From contig NC_081333.1 of the NCBI RefSeq assembly GCF_022539665.2, positions 4,402,001 to 4,466,000 of the forward strand: a stretch of DNA of 64,000 nucleotides, given 5' to 3'. Below the pieces are notes generated by a model. That model was not told the origin of the DNA and did not search any database. It saw nothing but the letters and a program-made list of their open reading frames with translations. The position numbers and the translations under genes are program-made. Shown piece after piece: positions 13,001 through 25,737 of the stretch (position 1 is its first letter; each line of letters begins with the position of its first letter). Source of the stretch: Daphnia carinata (lineage: Eukaryota).

Positions 13001-13658
13001 CCATGGCCAAAACGCCACCTCCCGATGGCAATTACGGCGTCTTCGCGCTGGATTGCGAAATGTGTTACACGACCGAAGGGCCGGAATTGACGCGCGTCAC
13101 GGTCATCTCGTCCGATTGCAAGACGGTCTACGAAACGCTGGTCAAGCCGGACAATCCTATTCTCGATCACAACACGAGATTCAGTGGAATCACAGAAGAG
13201 GATTTACTCAATGTCAAGACGACCATTCGAGACGTCCAGGCCGTCCTACTCAGCAAATTTTCCGATAAAACCATTCTCATCGGCCACAGCTTTGATAGCG
13301 ATCTACGCGCCCTTCGGGTAAATACGAAAGCAATCCTCTTCTAATTTTTTAGAAAAACTCCCTCTAATGTGGCCATCATCGTATTTCAGATGATACACGA
13401 CACGGTGATCGATACCAGTGTCGTGTTTCCTCATTCTCGTGGCCCGCCTTATAAAAAAGCTTTGCGGACCCTTTGTGGCGATATCCTTCAAAAGATTATC
13501 CAGAATGACGGTATACTCGATTTAAGATTATCCTATTATAAACTGAATTAAAACACGTTTCAAAAACAGTTGGAGGCCACGACAGTGCAGAAGATGCGAT
13601 CGCGTGCATGGAGTTGATGATGTGGAAAATCAAACAGGATTTGAAGCTCCTCAAGTAA
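10010..13658 (+). CDS. REXO1: RNA exonuclease 1 homolog (REXO1 / EloA-BP1), full length
   Basis: N-terminal [30 protein letters not shown] zinc-finger motif; [13 protein letters not shown] and KKRIAH motifs; [10 protein letters not shown]…YANV block; [38 protein letters not shown]. Stop at 13656-13658. Confidence 0.93.
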
Positions 13659-14213
13659 AGAGCTTAAGTCGCCAAAAAAAAAAAAAACTTACCGGACAAA
13701 GGGAAAAAAAAAAAACGTCGCCATTTTTTTCTCCCACTCCCCCGACTTACTTTTGTTTCCGTCACTGGCGTTTATCGATGCAGGGTTATCACATCTTCAA
13801 AAACTGTTTGCATTCATTTTGCAGCTCATCAATTTCCTCATTTCCAATTTATTTTTTTTCTCTTCATTCAGAATTTTGTGCTTCCTGAAGCCGTCTCTGT
13901 TCGTGTTTTTTCTTTCCTTGTTTCCAGTTCGATCTCCCGCACATAGTGTTGAAATTGGGAGATGTTCGTTTGTTTTCCTGTAAACCTATTAATACTTCAT
14001 AATTTATCATAAAAAACAACGTACTACTGCCCGTCTGCTTATCGCTTCGGTTGGAGGAAAAGGAACTAAGTGATCGGTCCAATTTTCTATTTGTAGGACA
14101 ACAAGCGTCAAATTACGAGGATAAAAGTATGTTTGTTACAAACGTCTCAAAAGAGTGAAAAGTGAAAAGCAAATAAAATAATGGTAAAAACAAAACAGAT
14201 TAAAATATCGTTA

Positions 14214-17154
14214 CTATTCTGGTTTGATTAGTGTGGCGCCGTTGATGCCCCGGACGGTGACGGAAGATGGCCTCACCATAATTCCGCGATTAGCTGGAGA
14301 TACAAGGATTTCAATGAAACATGTTCATCCATCAGAAATAATAAAAGATGGACCCAATTTCATACTTTTGCAATTAAAGTAGCGATGGCCCTGAACGCAC
14401 CCATCATGCCTACCGACGTGATCACGCATTTCAAGACCTAATTACGTTAGTAGTTCATTTCACACGGAAACGTCATTTTATCGGCTAAAAAGATAAAGAG
14501 AGAATCAAATAATTGATTCTTACCTAACCAGATGCCTTCGGCGAATTGCACACGGCCGATGTATTTTATAACGCCCACCTGGTGATTAAATAGAACGTTC
14601 ATGCCGACGTCCAGCCAGTGCTGATTGGTCTTTTTCTTTGAGGGCTTGATCGTTTCGATGGCCGTGATGCTTTGCCATCCCGGCTTGTTGCTGTCAATCC
14701 TTTATGTAAATAAAAAGGTCAGTTAAGAAAAAAAACATTGATGTTTAGTAATATTACTTGGCGCCAAGTGATCTCGGCTGGGACGTTGATGGCGTGGAAT
14801 GAAATGGCGATTCGTTGGCTCGATGCTGAGTCGAAAGGCTGCGTCGCATTGTAGTTGGAGCCGAGTTTGGAGAAGATTTCGCTGGTAAATTGAGACTGGA
14901 ACGACGAGTAAGTGTCGTTGCACGTCGTGGAGTTTCCGGCTCGACGTGAATCCTGATAAACAGATGAATTGCTCTTGTAAGACGTAGACAAATGATTGGG
15001 GTCAAACAAATTTTACTTTTGAAGTTTGCTTCCGGTGGCAAATACGCCGTGCTTTTCCGGACAACTGAAATAGCGAACGCCTTGGACTGAGCCGCTATTA
15101 CGTCCTTCCGGCTTGTCCAGCTCGACGCCATACCACAATCCGTTAGCGAACTTGGTCTCTCCTCGGAATCGAACGACTCCACGATGTCGGGTTCCGTTCA
15201 AAGTAGTTACCATCACTTTGTCACCGACGTTGATCTCTTCCGGTTTTCCTGTTGCTTTGGTTACATCTGAAAGTTCCAAATAAACAATGAGAATACCCCC
15301 TATTTGCATAGAAAGTCTGTTACTAGAAAGTGCTCTTACTAGTAGGACTTTTTGATACGTTCAATTGGCGGCTGCTGGGCGTTTTTAAGATGCAGGCTGG
15401 CTGGAATCCACTGGTAGAACTTGGAAATTTAGACACACGATTTAAAGGCACAAACAGACCTGAAAACAAGAATAAAATTAATCAAAGAACATAATTATAT
15501 TGACAAAATTAAGGAAAACCATGATTGGGTGAACACTTGAAGTAAATAGTGTCCTGGATAATGCCATCGTTTTTCCCTTCTGGAGTGTCAAGCTCTACGC
15601 CAACCCAAATTCCAGATGCAAAATCGACTGTTCCGCAATATCTGAAACAACGTTGAACAATCGTTAGCAAATTCTCAATAACAAGCAGACGAAAAATCAA
15701 ATACCTGAGCGTGGCTCCTTTGGCTTTATCTACCAAGATTCGGTCACCTACGTTCAGCCACATAGTTTTGAGCATAGCCCTTCCGGCCACACTTTCCGCA
15801 GCTTTTTTGTAGCCATTTTTGCCTGGCGATTTGTTGTTCGACTTGACATCTCTTGATAGAATGTCTCGCAATTGCACGATAATGTCTTCTGTGTGTGGAA
15901 TGTGCTCGTATTTTGATCCATCCGGAATGCATTCTAAAAAACACAAGTTCAATTTCTTCAAATCAAGAACAAAGAGTTATGTCCCTAATACCTAAAGGTG
16001 TACGTCCGAGATTATCCTTCAACTTTGTGTTGGCGCCGAATTCGACCAGAACGAGGGCGCTGTTGACAGCCAAGTTATGAGCGGCGATATGCAGAGCAGA
16101 ACCATTTTCGTATTCGTTACAAGGACTGTCAATGTCGACGGAGTGATTAGCATTGAGCAGAATCTTGGTGATGGGCTCCGAGTCAAACAAGGCGGCATAA
16201 TGTAACGGTGTCATTTGCGTCCACCTGCACCGGGCGTAAATATCAGCTCCACGCGATATCAGGTCTTGAACAACCTTAACGATTTTGAAACAGAATAAAT
16301 ACGATGTTTTCATTCATAGGCTAACTAGAGGTCACAAAAATGAAACCTAACCTCTGCAGCAACTTGAGGATCACCAATACCAGCGGCTCCGGCTTTACAG
16401 GCGAAATGGAGTAACGTCATGTCTGAGATGGAGTCACGGTCATTGACGTGCCCGTTACGCTCCAACACCTAACGACAGTTGATCCATTGTTTAATAGTCT
16501 AATAAAACCTGATCTACCATTCAAAATTCACGATTTTGTTGACAATTGAGGTCTACGGCTACGGATCGGTGAAGCTAACAAGTAACAACAGTACACGAAG
16601 GAAAAAAAAAAAGGAAATCGTAATGGGCCTTTCCCTCCCTTAGCGTTTTAGATCCCGTTAGTTTGGAAACAAACAAGACAAGTCCGACAGGAAGCGGAAG
16701 GCATTACAATTAATGGTTTATCTTTTCTTTGGACTGTTGGGGAAAGAAAGTCTTCTAGTCCGTTGTTACAACTAAGTTGACTTTAGTGAACAGGAAAAAA
16801 TGAAAATTTCTAACCTGTTGAATGCAGAATTTGATTGATCGTTGTGTGTGAGGATTCCATTGCCGCATGACGGCGAATATCTGCGAAATGGTGGTGTGCG
16901 GATTGACAAACACTTGCAAACATTTCAAACAACTAAGGTCGAAATAGGCTGCATCCGTCAATTGACACTGAGAGCAAAGCGGAGCCTCGGCTGGTGGATG
17001 TGTCACAGGATACGATCTCGTCTGATCAGTCTATTAATCAATTATTCTAATTAGTCAATGAGTTTAGAACATAAAACAATGATTTTACCTCGCTGTCGAA
17101 TGAAGAATCCACGTCATAGTCTAAATGATGTGGTCGCTCGGACGGAATAATCAT
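14214..17154 (-). CDS. CAP-Gly domain-containing linker protein 3/4-like (ankyrin repeats + 3 CAP-Gly domains)
   Basis: Ankyrin motifs MTLLHFACK, MTPLHYAA, SALHIAA, GRTP. Three CAP-Gly domains with GKNDG, GRNSG and GRHDG cores. Ends …VRGINGATLIKPE*. Confidence 0.88.
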
Positions 17155-18817
17155 TTTTTTAAACGTTCTTATCGACCTCCAGCGACGGTGTGAACGAGAT
17201 TCGTGGTCACCGCACCTCAATATATACAGGGAAGAAAAAATCGAACGGCGTAGTCGGCGCTGCAGTCAGTCGAAGGTCCGTTCCAGGTGGTTCTAAATAA
17301 TGTATAAAAACAGCATGTATACGTTATACAGCGGCAAATGAAAAGACAGCCAAGAAACTGCTTCCGCCGCCTCGAGCCGTCTGATTGTCTTACACACCAA
17401 CCCAGGTGTTTCTTCAACAAATGACCAGGTAGGTGGAACGATAGTTAAAAAGCGTGCAATTTCCCTTCTTTTTTCTATTTTTTAGGAAAATGGTAGTGAA
17501 AAATGGAATAAAGATGTTTTTGTTCCACAGAAGTAAAATGGCAGTGAATTGTTTAGCGACCTTAATGGTTGGGGAATCAACTCAGTCATGCGTCATCTCT
17601 CGAGATTGTATGTGAGTAAAAAGGGCCATACATTGGAGAGAATGCAGACGAATCAGAAGACATTCGACTATTGAATTGTAGGCCACTTGTTGATGAATAG
17701 ATTTTTAGAACGCATACCGAGTTTCCCATGACTGTAGAAATCTCAACGCACGAATGATGTCACTTCTTAGAATTGATACTAGGTTTGAACTTGTTTTAGT
17801 TGACGTGAGCACATGAGAATGAAACTACACCTCACGATTCACATACACACCCAAACCGAGAGCTTGGAAAGTAAGACCATGAGACGTGGAATCGTATGAA
17901 CAGAGTGAATGTAAACACCAGCGCAGAAGGGTTTTACTTGAAAAGTTCCAATCCCCCTTCTTTCGGCCATTCCCAAGGACGTCCAGGCGGGCCCGGCTTT
18001 TATTCTACTATACTTGACGTCAAGCGAGCACAGTAGCAGACAATATTTCGCTCTGCCGTAACATTAGCCGCTTCTGCGATTGCTGATGGCGGGAGTTGTT
18101 AGGTAAATATTTAAAAACAAATTGACAGATTTCCACTGCCCTATACAGTATATATGAACAAACATGTTATCATAATGACTAATTACGAACAAGGAAAATG
18201 GTAAATTCTGTAGACTACACGACAAACGAACAAAGCTTGGAATATTTTCTCGTTGTCCAAGTCGGTTGATTAACTACACAAATGGAGTAATGTTTGACAC
18301 TTAAACGTCTACGTCATAACAGTTTCGAGTAGCTTTACTCTAATTTTTTTTACATAAAAATAACCCATTTTTACTGGAGGTCTATAATAGCTAGCTTAGC
18401 ACCATTTTAATGCAAGCCATCAGGTAGCGTATAGAGACATAATTGACAAACTCTCATTAGAAACGAATGATGGAAGCCCAGATCAGAAATGAAATGTTCT
18501 TCTATTAGCGAGCTAGATGGTTCAACACTGAGTCTTTGTAGGCCACAAAGATCTGAGGGCAAGAGCAATGATGTGGGACTGTTCAATCTCGCCAGCTGAA
18601 TCAATCAGATCAACAAAGCAACATGTCATTTAAATGGAACAGTGGATTGCCTTGTATTCCAATGAATTTAGGTACACCTGGATTGCGAAGAAAACATTAC
18701 AAATTTTCTAGAAGCTGAATACGCACGCTGTTTTCGATCCAACCATTCATCCAGCCAACCTAACCACATCTTCCTGTGCTAGTTTCGGTTTCTATTTGGA
18801 ATGAGAAATCGGTACGG

Positions 18818-19802
18818 TTAAGGATTTATATTGGCATTTGGTGCCCAGAACCAGACGCGCCATATAAAATAGTCGAGTACAGTAACAAGAGGAACCAATG
18901 AGCTGCTGATCTTTCCACTGCTGCTCTTTTCATTGCTGGCCGGCTGACCAACTTGAACGCGCGTCGATGAAGGAACTTGTACCCAGAATGTCGTGAAATC
19001 GCGAAGAAACGTGCACCTATTTTCATCAGGCAAAATGTAGAACACAGAAACGGTTATGGAAGTTTCAATTTGCAGACCTGAATTCAATTTCGCCCTCGAA
19101 ATCTGGTGGCGCTACCCATGTGAATTCCAGCTTATCTTTTCCCTTGGCATCTCGGTGTGTCAGCGCATTCTGGTTTGCAAAATAGACACATGCAAATCAG
19201 TACACAAGAATCGGCATGCAAATGATTCATCTATCAAACCGATAGCCCTGGACGGCAGTCGATGGAACGTGCTGGACGTGGACTATTCATGAAACGTCCT
19301 AGAGGTTGGGGTGAATCGTTTGGATTCACTGCCACGAACAGGAATCCTGTGGTACAACACTAAGTGATAAAAATTGTATCACACACCAATTTAAATTTTT
19401 CAAACCTTGAAAAGATCCTCTAGGACTTTTGGCCTCGATTGTAACCTTGACCGTTCCACCCTTTTCGATACTGTTCTAAGAGTTAGGTGACAAAATAAAG
19501 AACCATTACGTTATTTGAATATAAATAAAATTTCATTTCAGAATATCTTTTTACCTGCTGAGGAGTCACTGAAAAAGGAGCTGGTGTAATTTGCGTAGAG
19601 GGACCGTGCTTTTTTTATTGAAGAAAGAAAAATTATTATTACTCAAACTTGAATTGCACGGAATTGTTGGGTAACGTTCAAAATTTACTTCAGGTTCCAT
19701 GGTGAGACAGGCTTCTTCGGGAGCTCCTCGACTATACGCATCCGCATATTCGCTGGCAAGTATCACTAAAACCAGCGTCACTAACTTAAGGAATGGCGAC
19801 AT
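18818..19802 (-). CDS. Secreted Reeler-domain protein (putative defence protein), 6 exons
   Basis: Signal peptide followed by YSRGAPEEACLTMEPE|H, F(Q)|GFLFVA, LGRF, DC, |NALTH, FTWVAPPDFEGEIEFR|CTFLRDFTTFW, which is the Reeler consensus. Exons join with canonical GT-AG. Confidence 0.88.
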
Positions 19803-20250
19803 TTTCTTCTATTCAAACTGGGAAAGCACGAGCGCCTTCTATTCGGCGAACAAGACAGCAACTAACTGTTAACTAAAGTCCACTAGAATATCTCTTTTCC
19901 GCACTTTACTGGCACATACGCTGGTAGGCTACGTGATGCCGATAAGTCTGACTTCAAGTCAGAGACGTCACAAAGGTCAAGTAGTACCAAAAACAAGAGA
20001 TAAACATAATATACCAATTCTCTGCATGACTGTCTGATTTTGTTCCACTTGTGGGATGTTTGTTTTTAAACAAAATGCTCTTCTCCCGTCGCTGAAAATT
20101 TCTATTGTTACATTAAAACGAGTGCCGACATCAAAACATTGCCTTAAATCGGTCGCTTTTCTGCTGCAGTACAAATGTAATAAATTGTTGTTAAATGTGA
20201 AGTATAATTTTTTTTTTCGTTAATAGTTTGTTCGGCTTGTTTCCAATTTC

Positions 20251-20990
20251 TCACACGCTGTGTACAGAACCATAGATCACTGGAGGGCGGATGCGCTGTG
20301 AGTACACGGGATTGCAGATTTCCTGAACTTTTCCATTCACAAGAACAAACGCCTCGAACTTGAGTCTGACTACATCGCGCATTACCCACATCTTCTAAGA
20401 AGAGAATAAGCTCAGCATTCACGTATGTAAATAGCCTTTAGAGAAACTCACTCTAATCGTCTCACGGTCGCCATTATTTGGTATTTTTGTGCGGACGATA
20501 GACAAATTGGGAAATCTGCGAAACATGCATATCAACTTACATACATGTAACTGAAACTAACTGTTCTAATTTCAGTTGAAACGCACTTACTTGGCAACAA
20601 TGCAATCATTCAGTTTTAACACCTCTCCTTCTTGGTATTCGTCGATTTGAATCTGACTGTCAATTTTCTTTGCCAGTCGATGGAAGTGTGGCTTACGCTC
20701 CGGGCTGTCACTGACGAGAGAACACCTTACACTGACTTCCTCTTTTCCTCGCCAATCTTTTAACTTTTGGAAATAAAACACATCGATTAAAACGGATAGA
20801 TATTCTTCAATTTCTAATTTCATACCTGTACAAATATCCATTTTTTGAGTTCGACAGGATCGGCGTAAAGATATGCGTGATCTTTTCTCACTTCGCTTTC
20901 GTAAAGAAAACTGTAAATCGGCTGTGGCTCTTGAAGAATTTTTAGACGAGCTCCTACGATCGAATTAGAGTCGTTATTACAAGATGTCAT
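20251..20990 (-). CDS. Relish/NF-kB-like protein comprising only the N-terminal Rel homology subdomain (~181 aa, 4 exons)
   Basis: Exons 20990-20826, 20763-20591, 20515-20452 and 20394-20251 splice in frame. Motifs LKILQEP…Y.SE, VRCSLV…PHFHRL, VAKFPNLSI, VVRLKFEAF and ICNPVYSQRI follow the order of the Relish RHD-N. An alternative splice to an exon near 20165 is possible. Confidence 0.8.
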
Positions 20991-21211
20991 TGTGTCATCG
21001 CTAACTGCACGTGAATGCTGTGAAGACTCGAACCACACTGCGATTGAGAATTGCAAAAGCTTTTCATCGATCCGGTTTGAAAGGGCTAATGCAAGTCACG
21101 ATAGTTAATCAGAAACCTCAAATTCCTTTTGTAAGTACGTTCGATGCTGGTTCCCTGACCTTTACGATTTCGCGAACAGTTGCTGTCTGGAGAACAGGAT
21201 TTCCTCTATTC

Positions 21212-21223
21212 GGGTATTTCCCC
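21212..21223. promoter_or_regulatory. kappaB/Dorsal-type site upstream of the mini-Relish gene
   Basis: GGGTATTTCCCC fits GGG(W)5CCM. GGATTTCC lies next to it at 21197-21204 and GGATTTCCCC at 21719-21728. Short motifs like these can occur by chance. Confidence 0.4.
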
Positions 21224-23609
21224 GGAACTGCTTTAAAAAAAAATGTATTCTATTAATTTTCAGCGTGACTTTGATAAGATTAAAACTACATTTAATAAGC
21301 AAATTTCGTGACTTCCCGCCATACATTTTGCATTCCCAACGCAGCCGAGATACTCTTCGATGTGGATAAAAGACTTAAACAGTTTCAATTCTACCATCAT
21401 GCAGAGAAAGATTTTTTGCAAATCGATGCAAACACATTGGCATTAAAAACAAGTATGACAAACTGGTATTTGGAAAGATCCCCGCTGATGCCTCGCAGCG
21501 TTTCAATGCGATCGTTTAGTTTATTACTCTTTCTTACTTTTACTGTTTCACTTCAACTAGCATTTGCAAATATTGCTGGGACAAAAACCACAGATAGGTG
21601 ATTTATCGCAACGGACCATTTTTAGGGACATATTCACAAAGGTTTCACCGCAAGTTATTCGAGTAATCATCTAATCTACATCTTGGCTTTAGCCGCTGCC
21701 CCCTAAAAGAAAACCGCTGGATTTCCCCATTGTGAAATTTTACCGATGGCGGCGTTAGTACTACGCTTCTTTTGTACAAAGAATGCACCTACGTTATTTT
21801 TTTCCTTTATATTTTTATTCAATGGGTAGAGATCACGTTCTATTCGTTAGCTAACGAGCTCAGTGTAGTGGCTAACCGCCATACTATTTAAGAATCAGTT
21901 GGCTGCTGATGAGGTACACAGTCATTTCAGTTGATTAGCTAAACGAAAGAAAAGAAAGCGACCCTTTTTTTTTTCCTTAAAAACACTGTCATATTGTGGC
22001 AGATGATATGATGCTGATACGATAAATCGATCGCCCGTTGTTTCATTTATGGTGTTTTTCCACGAATGTTTCAAGCTGTTAACCCACATTTATACACAAA
22101 TGTTTGCCGCAATTTATGTCACACACTAATCTTGTTGTTTCAGTCTATTGAATGTGTCGGACTGGCCAAATTATGGTCTTCAACAGACCTGAGCGTGTCC
22201 CGCCATAAAATAGACTAGACATCGTGCGTAACGTAGTGCAACAACTGAGGAAATCTTGAGTACGTAAAGTGGGATTGGGAACCACAAGTAATAGTTACTG
22301 TCATTAATAAAGTGGTTGTCAAACAAATTGCATCTGTAGGGCGAATATGGTAGACACGTAATAATAAGACAGATAACTTAAAGATTCTCTTTTACCTGAC
22401 AAGCAACGGCGATAACTTTCAGCGTTTTCCTGCGTTGAACAGACGGCCTGCTGCCCGTCATGTAATTATTCTTTCGGATTACTTCCTCGATTTTCACATC
22501 ATGCAGGAACTAACGAAGGACATCTTGTTTCTCTAGGATTCAATGCCAAACTGACCTTCTTGAAGAAAGGTTGCATGCCCCAGGTGCACACGCGTAAATC
22601 TTGTTGCCACATCTTGATTGAAACCGTTCATTCTGCGCAGTAACAACAAAAACATGAGTTTCAATTTAATACAACTGGGTTCGGTGGACAATGAAAAGTA
22701 ATGCAGTGTTTCACGCCTTAATTAGCTTCGATTTAAATACGTAAACGGCTAGAATCAAACATATTGCCTACATTGCATCCAGATCATCTTATACCCTTGG
22801 AAAAACTTACAACAAATCTCCTATTACATCACCATATTGCTCCACTCTCAGCAATACATTTGTTTTTGGCAACCCAACTACTTTTTTGTCTATAATGTTA
22901 CGTCAGTTCTAGTTGGACAGTCTGTTTTGTGACTGTCCCTAACAAAACATAGACAAGCAAAGAATTTCCAATATTAGAACACCTTAAGAATGTGAAACAT
23001 ATTCAATGCAGATTATAGATCTAAGGTTGCCAAGGGTGTTATTTTAGTACTATCACTAGGTACCGTTTGGGAATGGTTTAACAAAATCTATTAGCAAACT
23101 AAAATTAAATGAAATGTGTTTCACAAGTTAAGACTTTAAAAAAAAAAGATACGAATATGAACTCCTACCGAGCTTCCATGCTACGTTATTTTATATTAAA
23201 ACTCGACTGGGATCGAACGAAAGTACAGTTGAAGGGTAAATGACCAATGAGCCTACTTCACTGGGTAAAAAGTCTAATGCCCTTTAGTGCACGTTATCTA
23301 GAGAAAAACAAATTCCATAAACTATTTTCGAAGCTATATTTGCTTTACAGTACCTAGGTTTTTGCCACAAGTTAGGTCGATGTCTTTATTTGGGACAAAA
23401 TGATCGCGGCAATTTGTTTATCTATGTCGTTTCAACTTCTCCCTATTGTAGGTCGACCCGTCCTCTCCACCCGTCTTCTAATCTTATTGGCTAAGATTCG
23501 TAAGTCGGCCATCATGGATTTTAGCAAGAGGTTGAGAAAAGGTTTCGGCAACAAGAGTTCAAGTTTATCTGATAACAACGAAAAAGATTTTTCGGCTCTT
23601 ATAATTGCC

Positions 23610-24060
23610 ATTAAAATTAATTTATTTTAAAATTTATTTTACCAGTTGGGTATAACACAATTACAAGGTTAATATGTAAAGACGGAAATTCTCTGCAACT
23701 GTTAGCAGGGACTGTTGTGGTCCCCTGTCCCCAACTGTTGTGGGGAGGGTAGCTGTACAAATTAACATCTGTTATTAGGTAGTGGGCTCAATTACTACAC
23801 AAGATTGTTACGTCTAGTGATATGGAAGTCCAGGAGATTCGCAAAGGTTTGCAAAAAATTCTTTCATCTAATACGTGCGTGTGTTAATGGGTGAGTCTGA
23901 ATGGTTGGAATAGTCAACATGCTTTCTGTTTAAACATTCTTGGAGTCCTCATTGAGACAAGTTAAGCCAAGCGTGGAAGTTCTTTGGACTTCTTGAAACG
24001 AAGCATGGGCTTTGTGTATTTTTAACTTTGCAGCTGCGTTCGTAATCTGTTTGTAATCTA
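23610..24060 (-). mobile_element. Possible 3' end of a decayed non-LTR retrotransposon
   Basis: The minus strand ends in an AATAAA-rich tail (…GGTAAAATAAATTTTAAAATAAATT), preceded by two GC-rich stem-loops (23706-23746). No recognisable RT motif. Confidence 0.25.
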
Positions 24061-25737
24061 TAAACAAGAATTTTAAGTTTCAGCCAGATCGAAACTGTAC
24101 GTCTAACCAAAGGAATTTATAGTTTACTGAAACACTGTAGGGGCCTAGACAAAGAAGGTTATTCTTCTTTCTATCCCGCTACGTTAACCAGCTCTTTTTG
24201 TAACTGTAATTGGAATTTCTCATTTCATTAACGTTGAAATCCCCCGTAGCTATAATCAACTCATTTTACCACATGACGGGAACTAAATTTTGCTTTTAAT
24301 CTTGCAGATAGAATCTTACCTCCTCTGGCCAAATTCAAGGCTGGAACAGGGATACTGGTGGTGAGTAAACATTGTATCACGTCTTCTAAAGATATTTTGT
24401 TTTACATTTTGACCTCTAACTGTCCGTTTAGTATTGGTTTTCGGGCATTATATGGAACTACGGTTCAACCTTGTAGCTCAGATCTTTTCTTGACAAGATA
24501 ATAACAGTTGGGGTTATGACCGTCAGCGTCTGTTATTTTCACCGTTTTCTGTGCAAAGCTGTCGGGCAGAAATGGTTGACTGCCATTGATTTATACGTGG
24601 CGGTCACCACCCTAAGGGAAACGTTCATTTCGTTCTTCCTGATTGCAAGGTACGGAGTACTGGAGTGATAAAAATAGAAAAATTAATCGGCGTTTTTACC
24701 TGAATTTGTGAAAGAATAATGCCTACCGAATTCCACAGCAATTCTTGCATTAAAAAAAAAGTCGCGTTCGCGACATGTGGTTCTTTTCACGCAAGATTAA
24801 CAGTCAGATAAATCCAGTAAAGGCTAGCGGCAAATTTCTTCACTATAATTAATCTACAAATGACACGTATGCAATTTTGGGTAGCCCACCTGTCTGCCTT
24901 CATGTTACAACTTTAACTGGTATTCTTGAAGTCCGTTCTTCATCAATTGTTGAAAGGGAAATAATGCCAATTGATTATTGTCTACAAAACCATCTAACAT
25001 GAAAGAGGCAAAACGAAATAACATTTTTTTCTTTTATTTTAGTGCAGGAAGGGGATTTTGGTGTGGCTCACGGAGGAACTGCTAGATTAATGTGTGATCT
25101 GCCTGGAATAACAAAACTATTATCCATGAGTTTGTAAACACAATTTACATAAAGTTTCTCCTGAAGACCGAAGAAAATCCAACTCAGGCTAACGAGGAAA
25201 ATATTCTGACTTGTGTGCTAGATAGCGTTACGTAGTAATACTGGCTTTTCAACTGATGACAACCTTCAAACTTCGAAATTCCAGGCACGTCGAATCCTAA
25301 TTCCGAATTCTATTTGGTTGTATTCGGTATTTCCCCCCTACACGATCGAGGAAGAAATTTGGTGTACCTGACGAATCACACGTTCCAACAATCACAACAA
25401 AAATTAGTGGACAAGGACGAATTCTTAATAGCTAATGTTTTCCCGAATATCTTCAGCAACAAACTCCACGTCATAAATACCTTAAAACATTACTGGACGT
25501 AAGCAGTATCCTGAATCCACTGAGTTAAATGCCTTAACACAATGCAACTAGCTGGCCACATTTCACTTTCAAATACCAAAACATAAAAGTAATAACATGA
25601 CACTGTATTGAGAAGGATCCCCATAAAAGCACTGACCTGAAAAACGATCAAGAAACGTCAAGCCAAAACAGACGGAAAATAAACAAATGTCATGACACGA
25701 AAAGGAAAAACAAACAAAAGTGACAAGATTAAAGATA

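Noticed and set aside
18021..18030. GTGCTCGCTT on the - strand, matching the 5' end of U6 snRNA
   Set aside because: The match ends after 10 nt and there is no ACAGAGA box.
24300..24700. Exon-like segments bounded by AG/GT in the gene-free interval
   Set aside because: No coherent reading frame or recognisable homology could be assembled.
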